In this document: positions 8,641 through 19,774 of the stretch, one piece after another
How positions within the stretch are numbered: the first letter of the stretch is position 1
Layout: the number at the start of each line of letters is the position of its first letter
Assembly: GCF_000181795.1 (NCBI RefSeq)
Contig: NW_003526944.1
Span: forward strand, 5,155,260 to 5,175,259
Length of the DNA: 20,000 nt
Source: Trichinella spiralis
Taxonomy: Eukaryota
Direction of reading: 5' to 3'
Notes under the pieces: generated by a model
Database searches by the model: none
What the model was told of the DNA's origin: nothing
What the model saw: the letters and a program-made list of their open reading frames with translations, nothing else
Translations under genes and position numbers: made by a program

Positions 8641-11600
8641 TCAAAGAATACGCTCATAAAACAACATGTATGCTTCAGCTTTGAGCACAGCAGACTCAGG
8701 CACTTTTGACGTAATATTATCATTCAACATGTACCAGGTTGGAGCACGTGACAGTCGTCTGCCATCGCTAACAGATCGCTTATGATTCGCAGATCCACTG
8801 GGTGTTTTACGCCGCCTCTGCTTTGTTTGCCAGCCAACATCATCAGGATCAAATATGATCGTTTCCACTTGTGACACTTTTTCTAAAAATCGTTTCCAAC
8901 TGGCATCATCACGATCCTCAACCTTCACGTAGGCAATGTAGTGACCACCGTACATCGAACCGCTGTGACAAATCACACCATAAAGTGAATACAGTACACG
9001 GCTATCAAAAATACGCTAAACACAGGAAAAAGTATAACGTGAATGAAACGTATTAAATAAATAAATAAATATATATATATATATATATTCATAATTTACT
9101 CGTCCTTTTCGACAACAAAATCTCGACATGTCCAATTCTGTCGAGAAAACAACGTGGCCATAAATTTTTCGATTCGTCTTTCCATTGTTTTCGAATCTTT
9201 TCAAATGCAAAGTCAGCACAGCTGGTGGACTGAAAATCAATGATGACTTTTTCGCATCCGAAAGCTTGGTCTCGTCTTTGTCACCGGATATTTCTGCGCA
9301 ATTGTCGCACGCAAATTTACTACTGCCTGAAAATTAGCATTAATAGCAACTATTATGAAAAATATCACCAATAAACAATGTTCATGATCCCACCTGTAAG
9401 CAATTCTTCAATCATGAAATTGTTCAAACATGCGTCGACAGATTTCAAAGAACTCGTCATAACTGGATGTTTTGGTCCAGGTTGGAGCTTTTCCATCAAT
9501 TCATCATAATCGTCCGATTCGAATTGCGATGAATCACCACCATCATCGGATTCCAAATAAAAAGATCCAGAATCATCGTCGTTACAGTTCTCCTTATCTT
9601 CAACAGTCAAATCGTTCATATCTTCGCATAAACTGCTCACGTCACCGTTCACATTATTCACCGTATTCACTACGATCAAATTATACATATACATATTATA
9701 TTGTTTGTCCAAATGTCATTTTCAATTATTTACTTTGGTCATTTTTAACTGAATCTTTTAAAAACTGCTGCTCGCCAGTACCTGATGATACGCGCTGTCG
9801 GCGAATCTTTCCTCGCTTAAGAAAAAAACCACATACTAGGTAATAGGATATTTTAAAATTAAACAATAAATCAATTGGAAATTTTTTCCATCAATAAAAT
9901 TTCTGTGGATTACAAACAATTAAACAACACCTTTTCTTTTTTCTTTTGTCTTTTAAGTTTTTTCATTCGATGCTTGCTCATAGGAACAGCTTTAGTTGTC
10001 TAATAAAAAAACAAAAGAAGAAGTTTCATATGCTAATACATTTTACAATTAAAATAGAACATACGTTGCATGCTTGAAAATCATTATCATCACAGTCGTC
10101 ATTTTGCAAAGCCAATGACAAGTCAAGAAATGGGTCCAATTTATAAGAACGATGATTACAAGTCAAACACCGAATAGATTGCAACAGTTGGCCACCGAAA
10201 ACTTGATCCACTGCTGTCGTTTTGCAACAAAGCATATAAGCTGAAATAAAAACTCATTTAAATGCTGCTTGTTGTTGTTGTATATTCCTGAACATGTAAA
10301 CCTTTTAATTTCTCTTTCCCTTCTTCGTCTTCTGTCAATTCGCAGCATTGCTTAATACCATCTTTCATGCAAACTAACTCTTCATCCCGAAGTTCATCCA
10401 AAAAGTAACGCAACAACTCGTGACTATCATGCTGCTGATTGCCCCGAAACTGAATAGCTCTACAATAAATAAATAAATAAATAATACATGTAAAACAATA
10501 TTAACATTAACAAGAAAAATATATAATTATCCCACTTGTTAGTTAAGACATGCAAAATGTTCGATGGATCGAGCACATGATTTCTTGTCAACGTTGAGGC
10601 ATTTTTCAATTCCAGAAATGCTTTACATAATGTGCGGCTTTTCCAATCCATAAACACTTGGACAGGATGAAAAGGCTGCATCTGAATAAATACAATGCTT
10701 GTTTAACAAACAATGTTATTCAATTCGTTGAAACAAGAAAAATATGTCCTCACATCATCCCACTTAAAGTAAAAACTGAGGTACTGCCAAACTGATTCAG
10801 GATCAAGCAGTTGACTATTCTCGTCACTCATACATTTAGCCAACAGAAGGCAAAACGATTTCGTACGCATGAGCACTTGTAAAACGGCATTAAAATAACA
10901 AGTATTTCCAAAATTTATTAACCCCTAAAAATATACCTCAATACTAAAACTGCAATTTCATAATTAATGCATACTAACCGATACTGGTAACGAAATGCCA
11001 CTGTTTTTAGCCATTTTCCTCTTGCTGAAAGTAATGTTGTAATTTCTTTCTTCTACAGCAAAATGTTTTTCCAAATGAGGAGAACTATTTTCTGATGAAC
11101 ATTCTGCTTTTTTACACTTTTCGACAAGGCTACGAACTTCAATCAACTGACTACTTTGTCCAGTATCTACAAATTTTCCACAGCGAAAGCATCTAAAATT
11201 ACATCTGTAAATGTAATAAACGATACATGTATCATAAACCATTTACAAAATTTCCAGCGTAGTCAAAGACAACGTTAGACAATGGGATTCTGCTTTCTGA
11301 AAATGTCTGAGAGCGTGATGAAAAGAACGATCAGTGCAAAACTGAAAATAAACAACAGAACATGAATTATACACTATATGAAAAAAATAATGCACAAACA
11401 ATTTCAAATCTTACTTGGTATCCACAACCCAAACAAAGTAAAAATTCAGATTGGATGTTTTCGGTTGTCCCTGCTCGGCGACACTGTTCCTGCGCGCAAA
11501 TCTAAAATCAAAATTATAAATTAAATTAAATAATAAAACATAAATAAAAAGTTTATTCATCACATTAAAATCAACAAACATTAGAATAACTCCATTCTTC

Positions 11601-13039
11601 ACAATTTAAATTATAAATAAATCTTCAAACATTTGAAAATCTGAAACTCTATTTTTAGAAATGACAAAAAGAACCGCACTATTTATATAATTATAAAACC
11701 TTTTCGCCTCAAAACATTATTTAAAAAAAATAAAAACACGCAAAATAAAATAAGAACCCAAAATTTTTTTCAAAAATTCGTTAAAAAAATTACACGAAAG
11801 CTTTAATAAACTTTTCTATCATTATTGGCTACAGTATACCATTTACAATACCACCATTAATTTAAGCGCTTACATAACCAAATGATTACTTTTCAGAAAT
11901 AAATATGAAACCAAGTAAAATACAAAGCATGATGCATTACGTGCGTTTATGAAAAGCTAATCAAATTCCTTCTCCTATTGATAAAAGGCCAAACCATGAG
12001 TGTCAAAAAAGCCTACTTGACAAAATAACAATTAACTGTTACAAAAAAAAAGTTATAATTAACAGCAACAATTATTTATTAACTAAAATGCGTAACTGAT
12101 TAACACTGAATGCATTGCGTAAAGATTATAAAAATCGTCAAGAAAGATCACAAAGCAACAATACAACCAAAAAGTTAATGTTCTTTTCAAATTGATTAAT
12201 AAATTTCATGGAAACATATTTATAAGAATTTTTACGCTAACCTAATTTAATTTAAGTAATTTCAAAATTGCATTTAATCACAATAAAAATGGAAAATATT
12301 CAATACATAAGTAAAATGAAGTGCTGCTTAAGCAAAATACGTCGACTGCTTTGGATTCATGGATAACTGTTTACAGTACATGAAAAGCTCATCACATCAT
12401 AAGACAAAACACGACAAATTCTTTCCACTCGTCTTAACATATAATTTAAAGCTTGTATTAAAAACATTTCAAAAAATAATTTTCAAAATTCAAAATGACT
12501 CAAGATCATGCATTTCATGATAATATCATCTGACAGTTATAATTTTATAATAACGGCAAAAGTATAAATGAACATACATGATATACGTCAATAAACATAT
12601 ACACATGGAAAAACACAAACAACAAATGATTAAAAGATAAATGTTTTGAAACAAATTCATTGTACATTTTTTCAGTAAAACTACTTGCACATTAACGTAT
12701 AAAATCAACTGATAATACAATTATAATGAAATGCATTCAAATTGTAACCCACGTTACGAAGCTGAATAACTAATCATTCTAAATCAAAATCATTGATCAG
12801 CTTTATAATACAAATGTGCACAGTAAAAATTTCACACTTTGGCTTACATGACATTGAAACAAATGAGATGACTGCAGGTGCTTTTGGATAGGCAAAAGGT
12901 TCAAACTTGAATAGATGTGGGGACAGAGTATAACGTCCCGTTCGGCAGCTAATTTCCCCTCATTTTCACTAAAACCGTTCTTCGAACCAGCAAAATACTT
13001 ATTGTAAACTTCTTCATATTTTTTTGATATTTTCTCCAT
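8641..13039 (-). CDS. USP16/USP45: USP16/USP45-family ubiquitin C-terminal hydrolase with N-terminal ZnF-UBP, about 755 aa. Exons 13039-12848, 11501-11415, 11341-11247, 11192-10979, 10924-10754, 10681-10536, 10459-10302, 10240-10065, 9999-9931, 9815-9734, 9669-9394, 9326-9100, 9015-8641
   Basis: Cys box GLINFGNTCYFNAVLQ; FRGNQQHDSHELLRYFLD; VDQVFGGQL..IRCLTC..DPFLDLSL; basic stretch SKHRMKKLKRQKKKEK; PPAVLTLHLKRF; His box GVICHSGSMYGGHYIAYVK; WYMLND; C-terminus AYMLFYERIL. ZnF-UBP: CPHI...CHIC...CLGC...HALRH...HCL...CFRC. All 12 introns are GT-AG and in phase. The start could extend to ATG 13114. Confidence 0.9.
9069..9088. repeat. Microsatellite (AT)10 in last USP intron
   Basis: Read directly. 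Confidence 0.9.
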
Positions 13040-13825
13040 GACTGAGCAAGGAAACAACTTCCAACCATTACTACTGTACTGCAGTTGTACTTCATTTTCA
13101 AAATATAGAAACATTTTATTATTCGAATATTTCACAAATTGCTTCCAATTTTACCTAAAGCAACTAAATTTTATTCATGTTTTATAATAGGCATTTTGTA
13201 TTCCGAATGCATGCATACAAGTTGGATGAAATTTCAACTCAAAAGTAAAGTTTCAAAAACTTGTGGATATGTTAGGATTGGTTTTGTTAGTGCTTAAACC
13301 TATCTACTATTTGTGAGATTGTTTCCACTTTATATTAAAATTACAGCAATTTCCAAAATGGAAATTTTCATACTGAAAATGGGATATTCCTGCATTTGAA
13401 TATAAGCATGCAATGAATTTATGTATAAATTATAATAAAATTCAAAAATTCATTCGTCAAAGTTTCATCATGCTGCGAAATCCAAATTTTATCGATTTTC
13501 TATTGTGCTCAAACTATTCTTTTTATGTTTCCTATTCCTCGTTTTTTATTTACTTTTAAACAATGGAATTTTCGACAGTGGGTCATCTCATAAAATCAAG
13601 ACAGTAATAATTTTGTGTTATAGGAATCGATATTACGAAATAAAACCTTTTCGATTACATATCATTACGTCTTGTTATGGTGATGAAATACTTTTGTAAT
13701 AAGTTGTACCTGAACATCTATAGTACGAAAATGAAAATCTTGTTTGTAGATTACGTGTTTCTCAAGTAATATTGTAAAATAGCTTTTTATTCATTGCCTG
13801 TTTTTATCGTACTGAAAACTGAATC

Positions 13826-14374
13826 ATGCATAGCGTATTATCAAGATTAAATGCAGCTTTTGGTTTTACAATCACAGCACTGAGCATTGTGACAGTTCTT
13901 TGCTATCTAACTGTCGCTTTTCGAGATTATAAAACATCTGTTGTTATATCAGCATCGGAGCCAATGCTAACATTTCTTCCAGGTTATACCTCAGGTTTAG
14001 AAGGGGATATGGATTTGGCATCTTTCAAATTAAATCTTGAAGCAGATTTTAGTTCAATGTTCGATTGGAATACCAAGCAGTTATTTCTTTATTTGGTCGC
14101 TGAATATGCAACTGAGAAAAATCCTGTTAATGAGGTTGTTATTTGGGATAAAATTTTGCAGCGTGGTGATAATCCAGTTGTCAAGCTGAAAGACGCTCGT
14201 TTGAAATATTTTTTTGTTGATTATGGAAAAGGTTTGGCCGGAAATCAAAATGTATCTTTGTATTTGAAGTGGAACGTTTCACCTAACGCTGGTTTGATGC
14301 CTTTCTTTGTTGGAACAGGAATGTACAGCCTTCGATTGCCCACAAAGTATACTTCTAAAAAAGTTGATTTCTAA
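13826..14374 (+). CDS. SPCS3: Signal peptidase complex subunit 3 (SPC22/23), 182 aa, intronless CDS
   Basis: MHSVLSRLNAAFGF plus an N-terminal TM segment, ADFSSMFDWNTKQLFLYLVAEYATEKNPVNEVVIWDKI, KYFFVDYGKGLAGNQNVSLYLKWNVSPNAG and C-terminal P..Y. This is the typical SPC22/23 signature at full length. Confidence 0.96.
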   Translation: MHSVLSRLNAAFGFTITALSIVTVLCYLTVAFRDYKTSVVISASEPMLTFLPGYTSGLEGDMDLASFKLNLEADFSSMFDWNTKQLFLYLVAEYATEKNPVNEVVIWDKILQRGDNPVVKLKDARLKYFFVDYGKGLAGNQNVSLYLKWNVSPNAGLMPFFVGTGMYSLRLPTKYTSKKVDF

Positions 14375-17085
14375 GCTTGAATGTTTTTTATAGTAATTAT
14401 AGATATATTGGTCTTTGATAAGCATATTATTTGAATTAAAGTTATTTTTGTTCTCGTATATTTGAATTTGTGTTATTTCCATGAAAAGCTGGTTAACTTT
14501 TTTGGATAGTTTTCACTGTTTCATTATATTTTCTTTTACTCTTGATTTTCTGATTGTGATGTGATGAATATTTACATGGCATAATGTTCATTTCTTCATT
14601 AATTTCATAAAATATGTTCTTCTGATATGTTAGTATTTAATAAGCGAATTATATGCTCAACAACCTTTGACTGACTTGTTATGATCTAGTGAGAAAATTG
14701 TTTCTTACTGTGCATGTAAAAAAATGCATGTTATATTTGTTTCGTAAAACATTTTATGTCAAAGATAAGAAAGAATATATGTAATTTCAGTAGTATAAGG
14801 CGTCTATTTTTTCACTATAAGAGTTTCAGACTATAGCAATTCATAAAATACAAAAGCAAACCAGGAACAATTACATCTGAAATAATCATAGGAAAATCAT
14901 AGAAAGAAGGTATACGAATAAAGTTATTTAGCTACCAGATAGCTCTTGCAAAAATTTGTCCTCTCGTTTGTCTTTTTAACATCCTGTAAATAATGTACAT
15001 TTTCGGTTATTTAAGTTATGCAATATCATATCCGTTAAAGTGTTCTACCTGGAAATCTTTTTATTTTCACGCATAATTGACTTCTGTTAAATTTTAATTT
15101 TTAACTTGCATAATGAGAAAGCGTTAATATTGGTTGCTATAAGTTGCTTTATTGATCAAGAATTGATTTTTCTTTTATAATCTGCTATTTTGAATTTATC
15201 TCCTTGTGGATATGAATCGTATGTACCGATTGAAATGTTGTTGGCTAATTTTTGAATTTGAGTTTGAAGTGATTACTTTATTGAAAGTTAAAAGTAAAGC
15301 AGATATTTTAAATCACTCATCATTGAATGTTTTTCTTTTCAATGTTTTCGCCATCTAAATGATGACTGCCGTGCATTTAAAATTGTGACGAATCTTTTTT
15401 TTATACTGAAAATTGAGTGTAGCTGTATTCTGATGTTTGGAAGTTGTTGTGGTTCAAATTACCATAAAATTTATTTACAGCTTCATTTTTTGTGTTCTGG
15501 TAAAGTAGATTAACAGAGTATTTTCCAAGTCATGAACTTTTCAACATTTCTGTTATCACGATATATCCAGCAGTAAGTAGTTTGTATTCATTTTTATAAA
15601 TTGATTCAAAATTATTGCAAAGGATGTAAGTAAATTATTAATAAAGCGGTTCTCGTGTATTAGTTAATCCAATTGTTGTATATTTTGCTTTTCAGAAGTA
15701 TTCATTTTGTTACTTATTGTTTTTATTTTATAAATTGCTAATTGAAATTTGAAATGCTTTTTGAATGATAAAAGCAGGAAAAGCGAAAACAAGAGAAAAC
15801 GTTGTAAATAAGTTTACTAAATGAATGAATCGAAAAATTTCATAGCAGATGAATAATTGTTGAGCGTTGAGGGATCAAATAGGTTTGCGGTTCACTTCAT
15901 TGTTGAGCAGAATAGCTGAGAAGACTGTAGAAATAGTGGAAAATGGATGACGCCAATGTGCAGATACCAGAAGATCATTTTTGGATATTCTTCTGCTGAA
16001 TATGGAATGCTTGCTGCCAGTGGAATTTTTTGATTCAATTCTGATCTGTTCTGCAGCATCTGTAATAAATCAGGATAGCTAATATGAGCAGTATTCCAAA
16101 CAAGGCCAACGTGTAAACTGCAATTTCGCCAGGCAAAAGCATTTCAAAAGCTTTTGACAGCTTTTGACTGCGGAGCCAGCTTTAATTTGCTATTGAAATA
16201 GTCAGTAGTGGTAAAACAGCGAGGTGTGATTTGTATATATGCAAAGGTGCTTCAAAGAAATTTTTCCAAATTTCCGCCCACGGCTTGGTTGGGAGCAACA
16301 AGTTTAGTCGGGTGAGTTTTTCCACGAAACAGCGCTTTGGAATGTTGGCACTTGTTTCCGGGTGCACTTGATTTGGAACCTCCTGACGCGTTCTGTTCAA
16401 ATTTAGCTGATGTATTTGCGGTTGTTTAGAATAATTTTAAAAATATGATCACAACTGGCTTTAGCTGGACGACGCTTGCAAAGCAATAAATCAGACAAAG
16501 GCCTCTGTCGATGAGGCTGTTGACGCGGGCAGCTGCGCCAAGGCGCCGCTTTTCGTTCCCCTTGTTTAAGCTCGGTTAGAGATGGAGAGCCGTTTTAAAA
16601 TTAGCCCCTATCAAAAGCGAAAACAAGCACCCGAGCGCGTGACAAGCAATCAATAAATTTATTCCAAACCGCCACCCACCGCACCATTGGTTTTTTCAAT
16701 ATTCTTGCTAATTTTACTCTGTCAAAAGCTTATGCAATCTTTTAGTGGGCTGGTTAATGTTGGAGAATGATCAACTCAAGTTGATATAAAAATATAGTGA
16801 AAACTTAAATTTGAATTTTACAATTTAATTGTTTCAAATCAAATGAAGGAATAAACTAACGTTTGAACTAAACAATTGAATACTAAAAATGTTCGTTCAA
16901 AGTTCAAAATCAAAAATTTCATCAGTCAAATTCATTATTGCGCTGCGACAAACGTGAAATAATACCTGCTTGTTTTTCCAACTGTAATTACCGTCATATT
17001 GTTTGCTCATTTTTCAAAAATGTTCTGGTTGTTGGTCTTGTGGTATTTCAGAAAATTTTCCGTCCTCAATGTTGACTTTACTCAT

Positions 17086-17123
17086 GGTTTTAGAAAGTCG
17101 TTACGGGTCGACTTTCTAAAACC
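17086..17123. repeat. Perfect 15-bp inverted repeat with 8-nt loop
   Basis: GGTTTTAGAAAGTCG (17086-17100) / TTACGGGT / CGACTTTCTAAAACC (17109-17123); the arms are exact reverse complements. Confidence 0.95.
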
Positions 17124-17137
17124 TTGTTGGAAATCTT

Positions 17138-17507
17138 TGTTGGAAAATGGAGGTACATCAGCACCTGACCATCTGAATGATGTGGGAGTACGGTAGTAGT
17201 GTGTACTGTAGAGTGAGTGACGAGGAAGCGTCAAGAAGATGCGTGTTTGTCTGTAATTTGCATTCTGTTCTGTGTGTTTGTTCTTAGTGTTCGTGGGGTG
17301 TTTGATCAGTGTACATTTATGTTCATTGATAACCGTTCACCTTCGTTGAATAAAGCTAATTTCCACTGTTTTGTCCTACGTTGTTACCACGTTCGTGAAC
17401 GAACGTCGGTCGTATCGCGGTTAGGCCATCATTGTTGATTTGACTTGCCGTCGAAATAAAATTTTACAGTCCATTAACTGGCAGGCAACACGGTTCTGTC
17501 GCTAACA
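17138..17507 (+). mobile_element. 5' LTR of a BEL/Pao retrotransposon (about 370 bp; alternative start 17125)
   Basis: Begins TGTTGG and ends CTAACA (TGTT...AACA termini), contains an internal AATAAA near 17349, and is followed after 3 nt by a tRNA PBS and Pao-type coding remnants. No 3' LTR is in the window, so the left boundary and TSD are unconfirmed. Confidence 0.75.
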
Positions 17508-17510
17508 TTC

Positions 17511-17527
17511 TGGTCCTCCGAGCCGGA
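17511..17527 (+). promoter_or_regulatory. Primer-binding site complementary to the 3' end of tRNA-Tyr
   Basis: TGGTCCTCCGAGCCGGA is the reverse complement of TCCGGCTCGGAGGA-CCA, the typical metazoan tRNA-Tyr 3' end. It sits 3 nt after the LTR terminal CA. Confidence 0.85.
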
Positions 17528-17592
17528 GCAGTAGGTTCTACCGAAGTCGAATCTAGAAAGTAGGTGAAACAGCGAGCTACGGATAGCTCAAC

Positions 17593-18713
17593 ATGGTTGA
17601 AGCCATGTCGAAAGTGAAATCGCTCTCCCTTCCGAAGAAGTTGGATCTCCGAACAGACTGAAATTCTGAGCGATTCAAGGAATCCCTATTCTTTGACGGA
17701 AACCGGTACTCATTGGGACTGCTGTGGAAACATGGCATGGCCAGCCTGCCGAATAATTACGCCACCGCAACCGTGTAACAACACAAGACAACCCGGCGGA
17801 TTTGGCGAGCAGAAGATGCTTTCTTTCCAAGTTATCACTTGTGGCACTCAGGACCCAGGTGGCTCCAGCTGGATGAGAGTGCATGGCCAAAGTTGAAGGT
17901 CCGCCACAGAAAGATTCCAGAGAAGGTGGAGTTGGAAAGCCGAAATACGGCTTTGATCATGCCCAACTCGGTGTAATTCGACCTTTGGTCGGTCATGGAA
18001 ATTGCGCGCTACGGCAGCTATGGAAAGCTGATACATGTTACAGTTTGGTGCTTGTGGTTCATCTCCAACGCGAGATTGCCAGTGGAGTTGCGACAGAAGG
18101 CCCTTGGCCTGACGGCGACTGAGACACGGGAGGCGGAAAAGCCTTGCATCAGGAAAGTTTAAGTTCAGGAGACCAGGAGCCCATGTTGCTCCCGCATGGT
18201 GATGGAGTGGTGAAACTGTTGATTCAGCATGTGCACGAGGTGCAGCTTCACGCTGGAGTAAAACAAACACTGGCCGCGACCAGAAGAAGATTCTGGATCA
18301 CCAAGGGACGAAGCGCGGTGAAAGATGTGGTGTGGAAATGTATGGTCTGTCGACGGGCAACTGCAAGGCCATTCGGACAACGGATGGCTGAGCTGCCACC
18401 GGAGAGAACGGAACTAGTCGGGCCCTTCGTGTATGTCGGAGTGGACTTTGCCGGTCCCATTCTGGCGAGGAGTGACGGCAAACCGTTGACGTTACTGAAA
18501 ACGTACGTATGCGTTTTCACGTGCATGGTCGTAAGGGCCATCTATCTGGAATTGGTTCCAGAGATGACAGTGGACAGCTTTTTGAGAGCGTTGCGGCGGT
18601 TTATCGCTCGAAGAGGTCGTCCTCGGTTGCTGCAATTGGATAACTTCCAGACCTTCCATTTGGCGAGCCGGTTCCTGAAGCCGCTGTGTAACAGCCGCAA
18701 CTCTAAGGTGGTT
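17593..18713 (+). pseudogene. Internally deleted BEL/Pao gag-pol remnant (gag start, post-protease segment, RNase H C-terminus, connector, truncated integrase)
   Basis: Fragments in Pao order: putative gag start MVEAMSKVK...* (17593-17661); FKESLFFDGNRYSLGLLWK...LPNNYATA (~17674-17769); DNPADLASR (17787-17813) and, after a frameshift, LWHSGPRWL...WPK; RYGSYGKLIHVTVWC...EAEK; integrase HHCC finger (H..LHAG...FWI...CMVC) and PFVYVGVDFAGP...FTC...AIYLELV...FIARRGRP...DN. RT is missing and the integrase stops before its catalytic Glu. Confidence 0.9.
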
Positions 18714-18714
18714 C

Positions 18715-19762
18715 ATATTAGTATTAGTACAGTGGTTTGCTTTCCCGAGTTATCCGAATTATTTTCTGTTCTGTTCCTTGCTATGGCTGATGTCCCTGAG
18801 CTACATCTTATACCGAATCGTGGTGGCAGTATGGCCCTTGTTTTTGAAGGAAGGGCATACAAATTGAAACACACAGGCAAGCAGAAGAAATGTTGGAGGT
18901 GTTCAAAGGTATACGTTGAATGTACAGCATGTGTTCCTTGTTATTAACAATTACCTTATTTTGGTATAGGATAAAAAAGGCTGCAAGGGTGCAGTGTGGA
19001 CAGATTTAGAAGTTACGGCCGTGATCGATCGAAAAGATCACGTTGAAACCTGCCAGGTAGACGAGCACCTGGCATATACTGGTATTTGCTACGGGTTCCA
19101 ACATTAGACTGCTGGCAGCCAGTCGAACCTGGGGCATGGATAGTACATTCAAGATTGTACCACAGTGGTATCAAAAACTGTTTAATTGGATCAACAACAA
19201 CTGATATTGGAACATACGGGTTTATATTTCAAGCTTTACTAAACAAAGCGGCAATCCTCGGTGTCAGTCTCAATCCAGAAAGTATAATTTGTGATTTTGA
19301 AACAGCCCTGATACCCGCGATGCAGGGCTACTTCCCGAATACGCGGGTACAGGACTGTTACTTCTACTTCTGCCAGGCGATACATAGGAAAGTCAGTGAG
19401 CTGGGACTGAAAACAAGATATAGAACTGAAGAACAGAGAAAAAGAAAGATAAGAATGCTCCTGGCCACCACTTTCCTCCCTGTACCGCAAGTTGTTATAT
19501 GTGTTAGCCTGCTTGAAGCAGGCACTACGGGTACATTAGCCGCTTTATTTCAATATTTTCGGCAGGAGTGGATGACCGATGAAAGACTGCCGCTTTGGAA
19601 TGTACATAATGTAAATATTAGGTCGAATATCCACTTGGAAGGTTGGCATAATCGGCTCAACAGAAAAGCGGGTAAAGGTCATAACGGGTTTTATGAACTG
19701 CTCCAGCTCCTGATAGCGGAACAGGGTGTTATGGACACCCTGATTCAACAAGTGCTATCAGG
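18715..19762 (+). mobile_element. Defective Mutator-like (MULE) DNA transposon: FLYWCH zinc finger plus DDE transposase, ATG 18783, intron 18909-18969
   Basis: MADVPELHLIPNRGGSMALVFEGRAYKLK...WRCSK|DKKGCKGAVWT...DHVETC is a FLYWCH-type finger across a GT-AG intron. It is followed by ILVFATGSNIRLLAASRTWGMDSTFKIVP (first D), ICDFETALIPA (second D), CYFYFCQ (CxxH motif with H changed to Y) and RSNIHLEGWHNRLN (E). Two internal deletions/frameshifts lie at about 19077 and 19184-19202. Confidence 0.9.
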
Positions 19763-19774
19763 AACCTTGACATG

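Noticed and set aside
8871..10348. ORFs 8871-9056(+), 9472-9843(+), 10163-10348(-)
   Set aside because: Antisense or off-frame shadows of USP exons.
12300..12440. Possible box C/D snoRNA in the long USP intron (GTGATGA on the minus strand)
   Set aside because: No box D CTGA or terminal stem at a suitable distance.
12526..13699. Hydrophobic short ORFs 12526-12720(-) and 13505-13699(+)
   Set aside because: Non-ATG starts and composition typical of AT-rich non-coding DNA.
15900..16110. Minus-strand PCLEYCS resembling the non-LTR RT C-terminal motif
   Set aside because: Immediately followed by a stop and no flanking RT motifs could be traced.
16999..18716. Small ORFs overlapping the hairpin, LTR and Pao remnant (16999-17196, 17217-17438, 17675-17890, 17848-18270, 18165-18716 and others)
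   Set aside because: Alternative frames of TE sequence; only the motif-bearing frames are meaningful.
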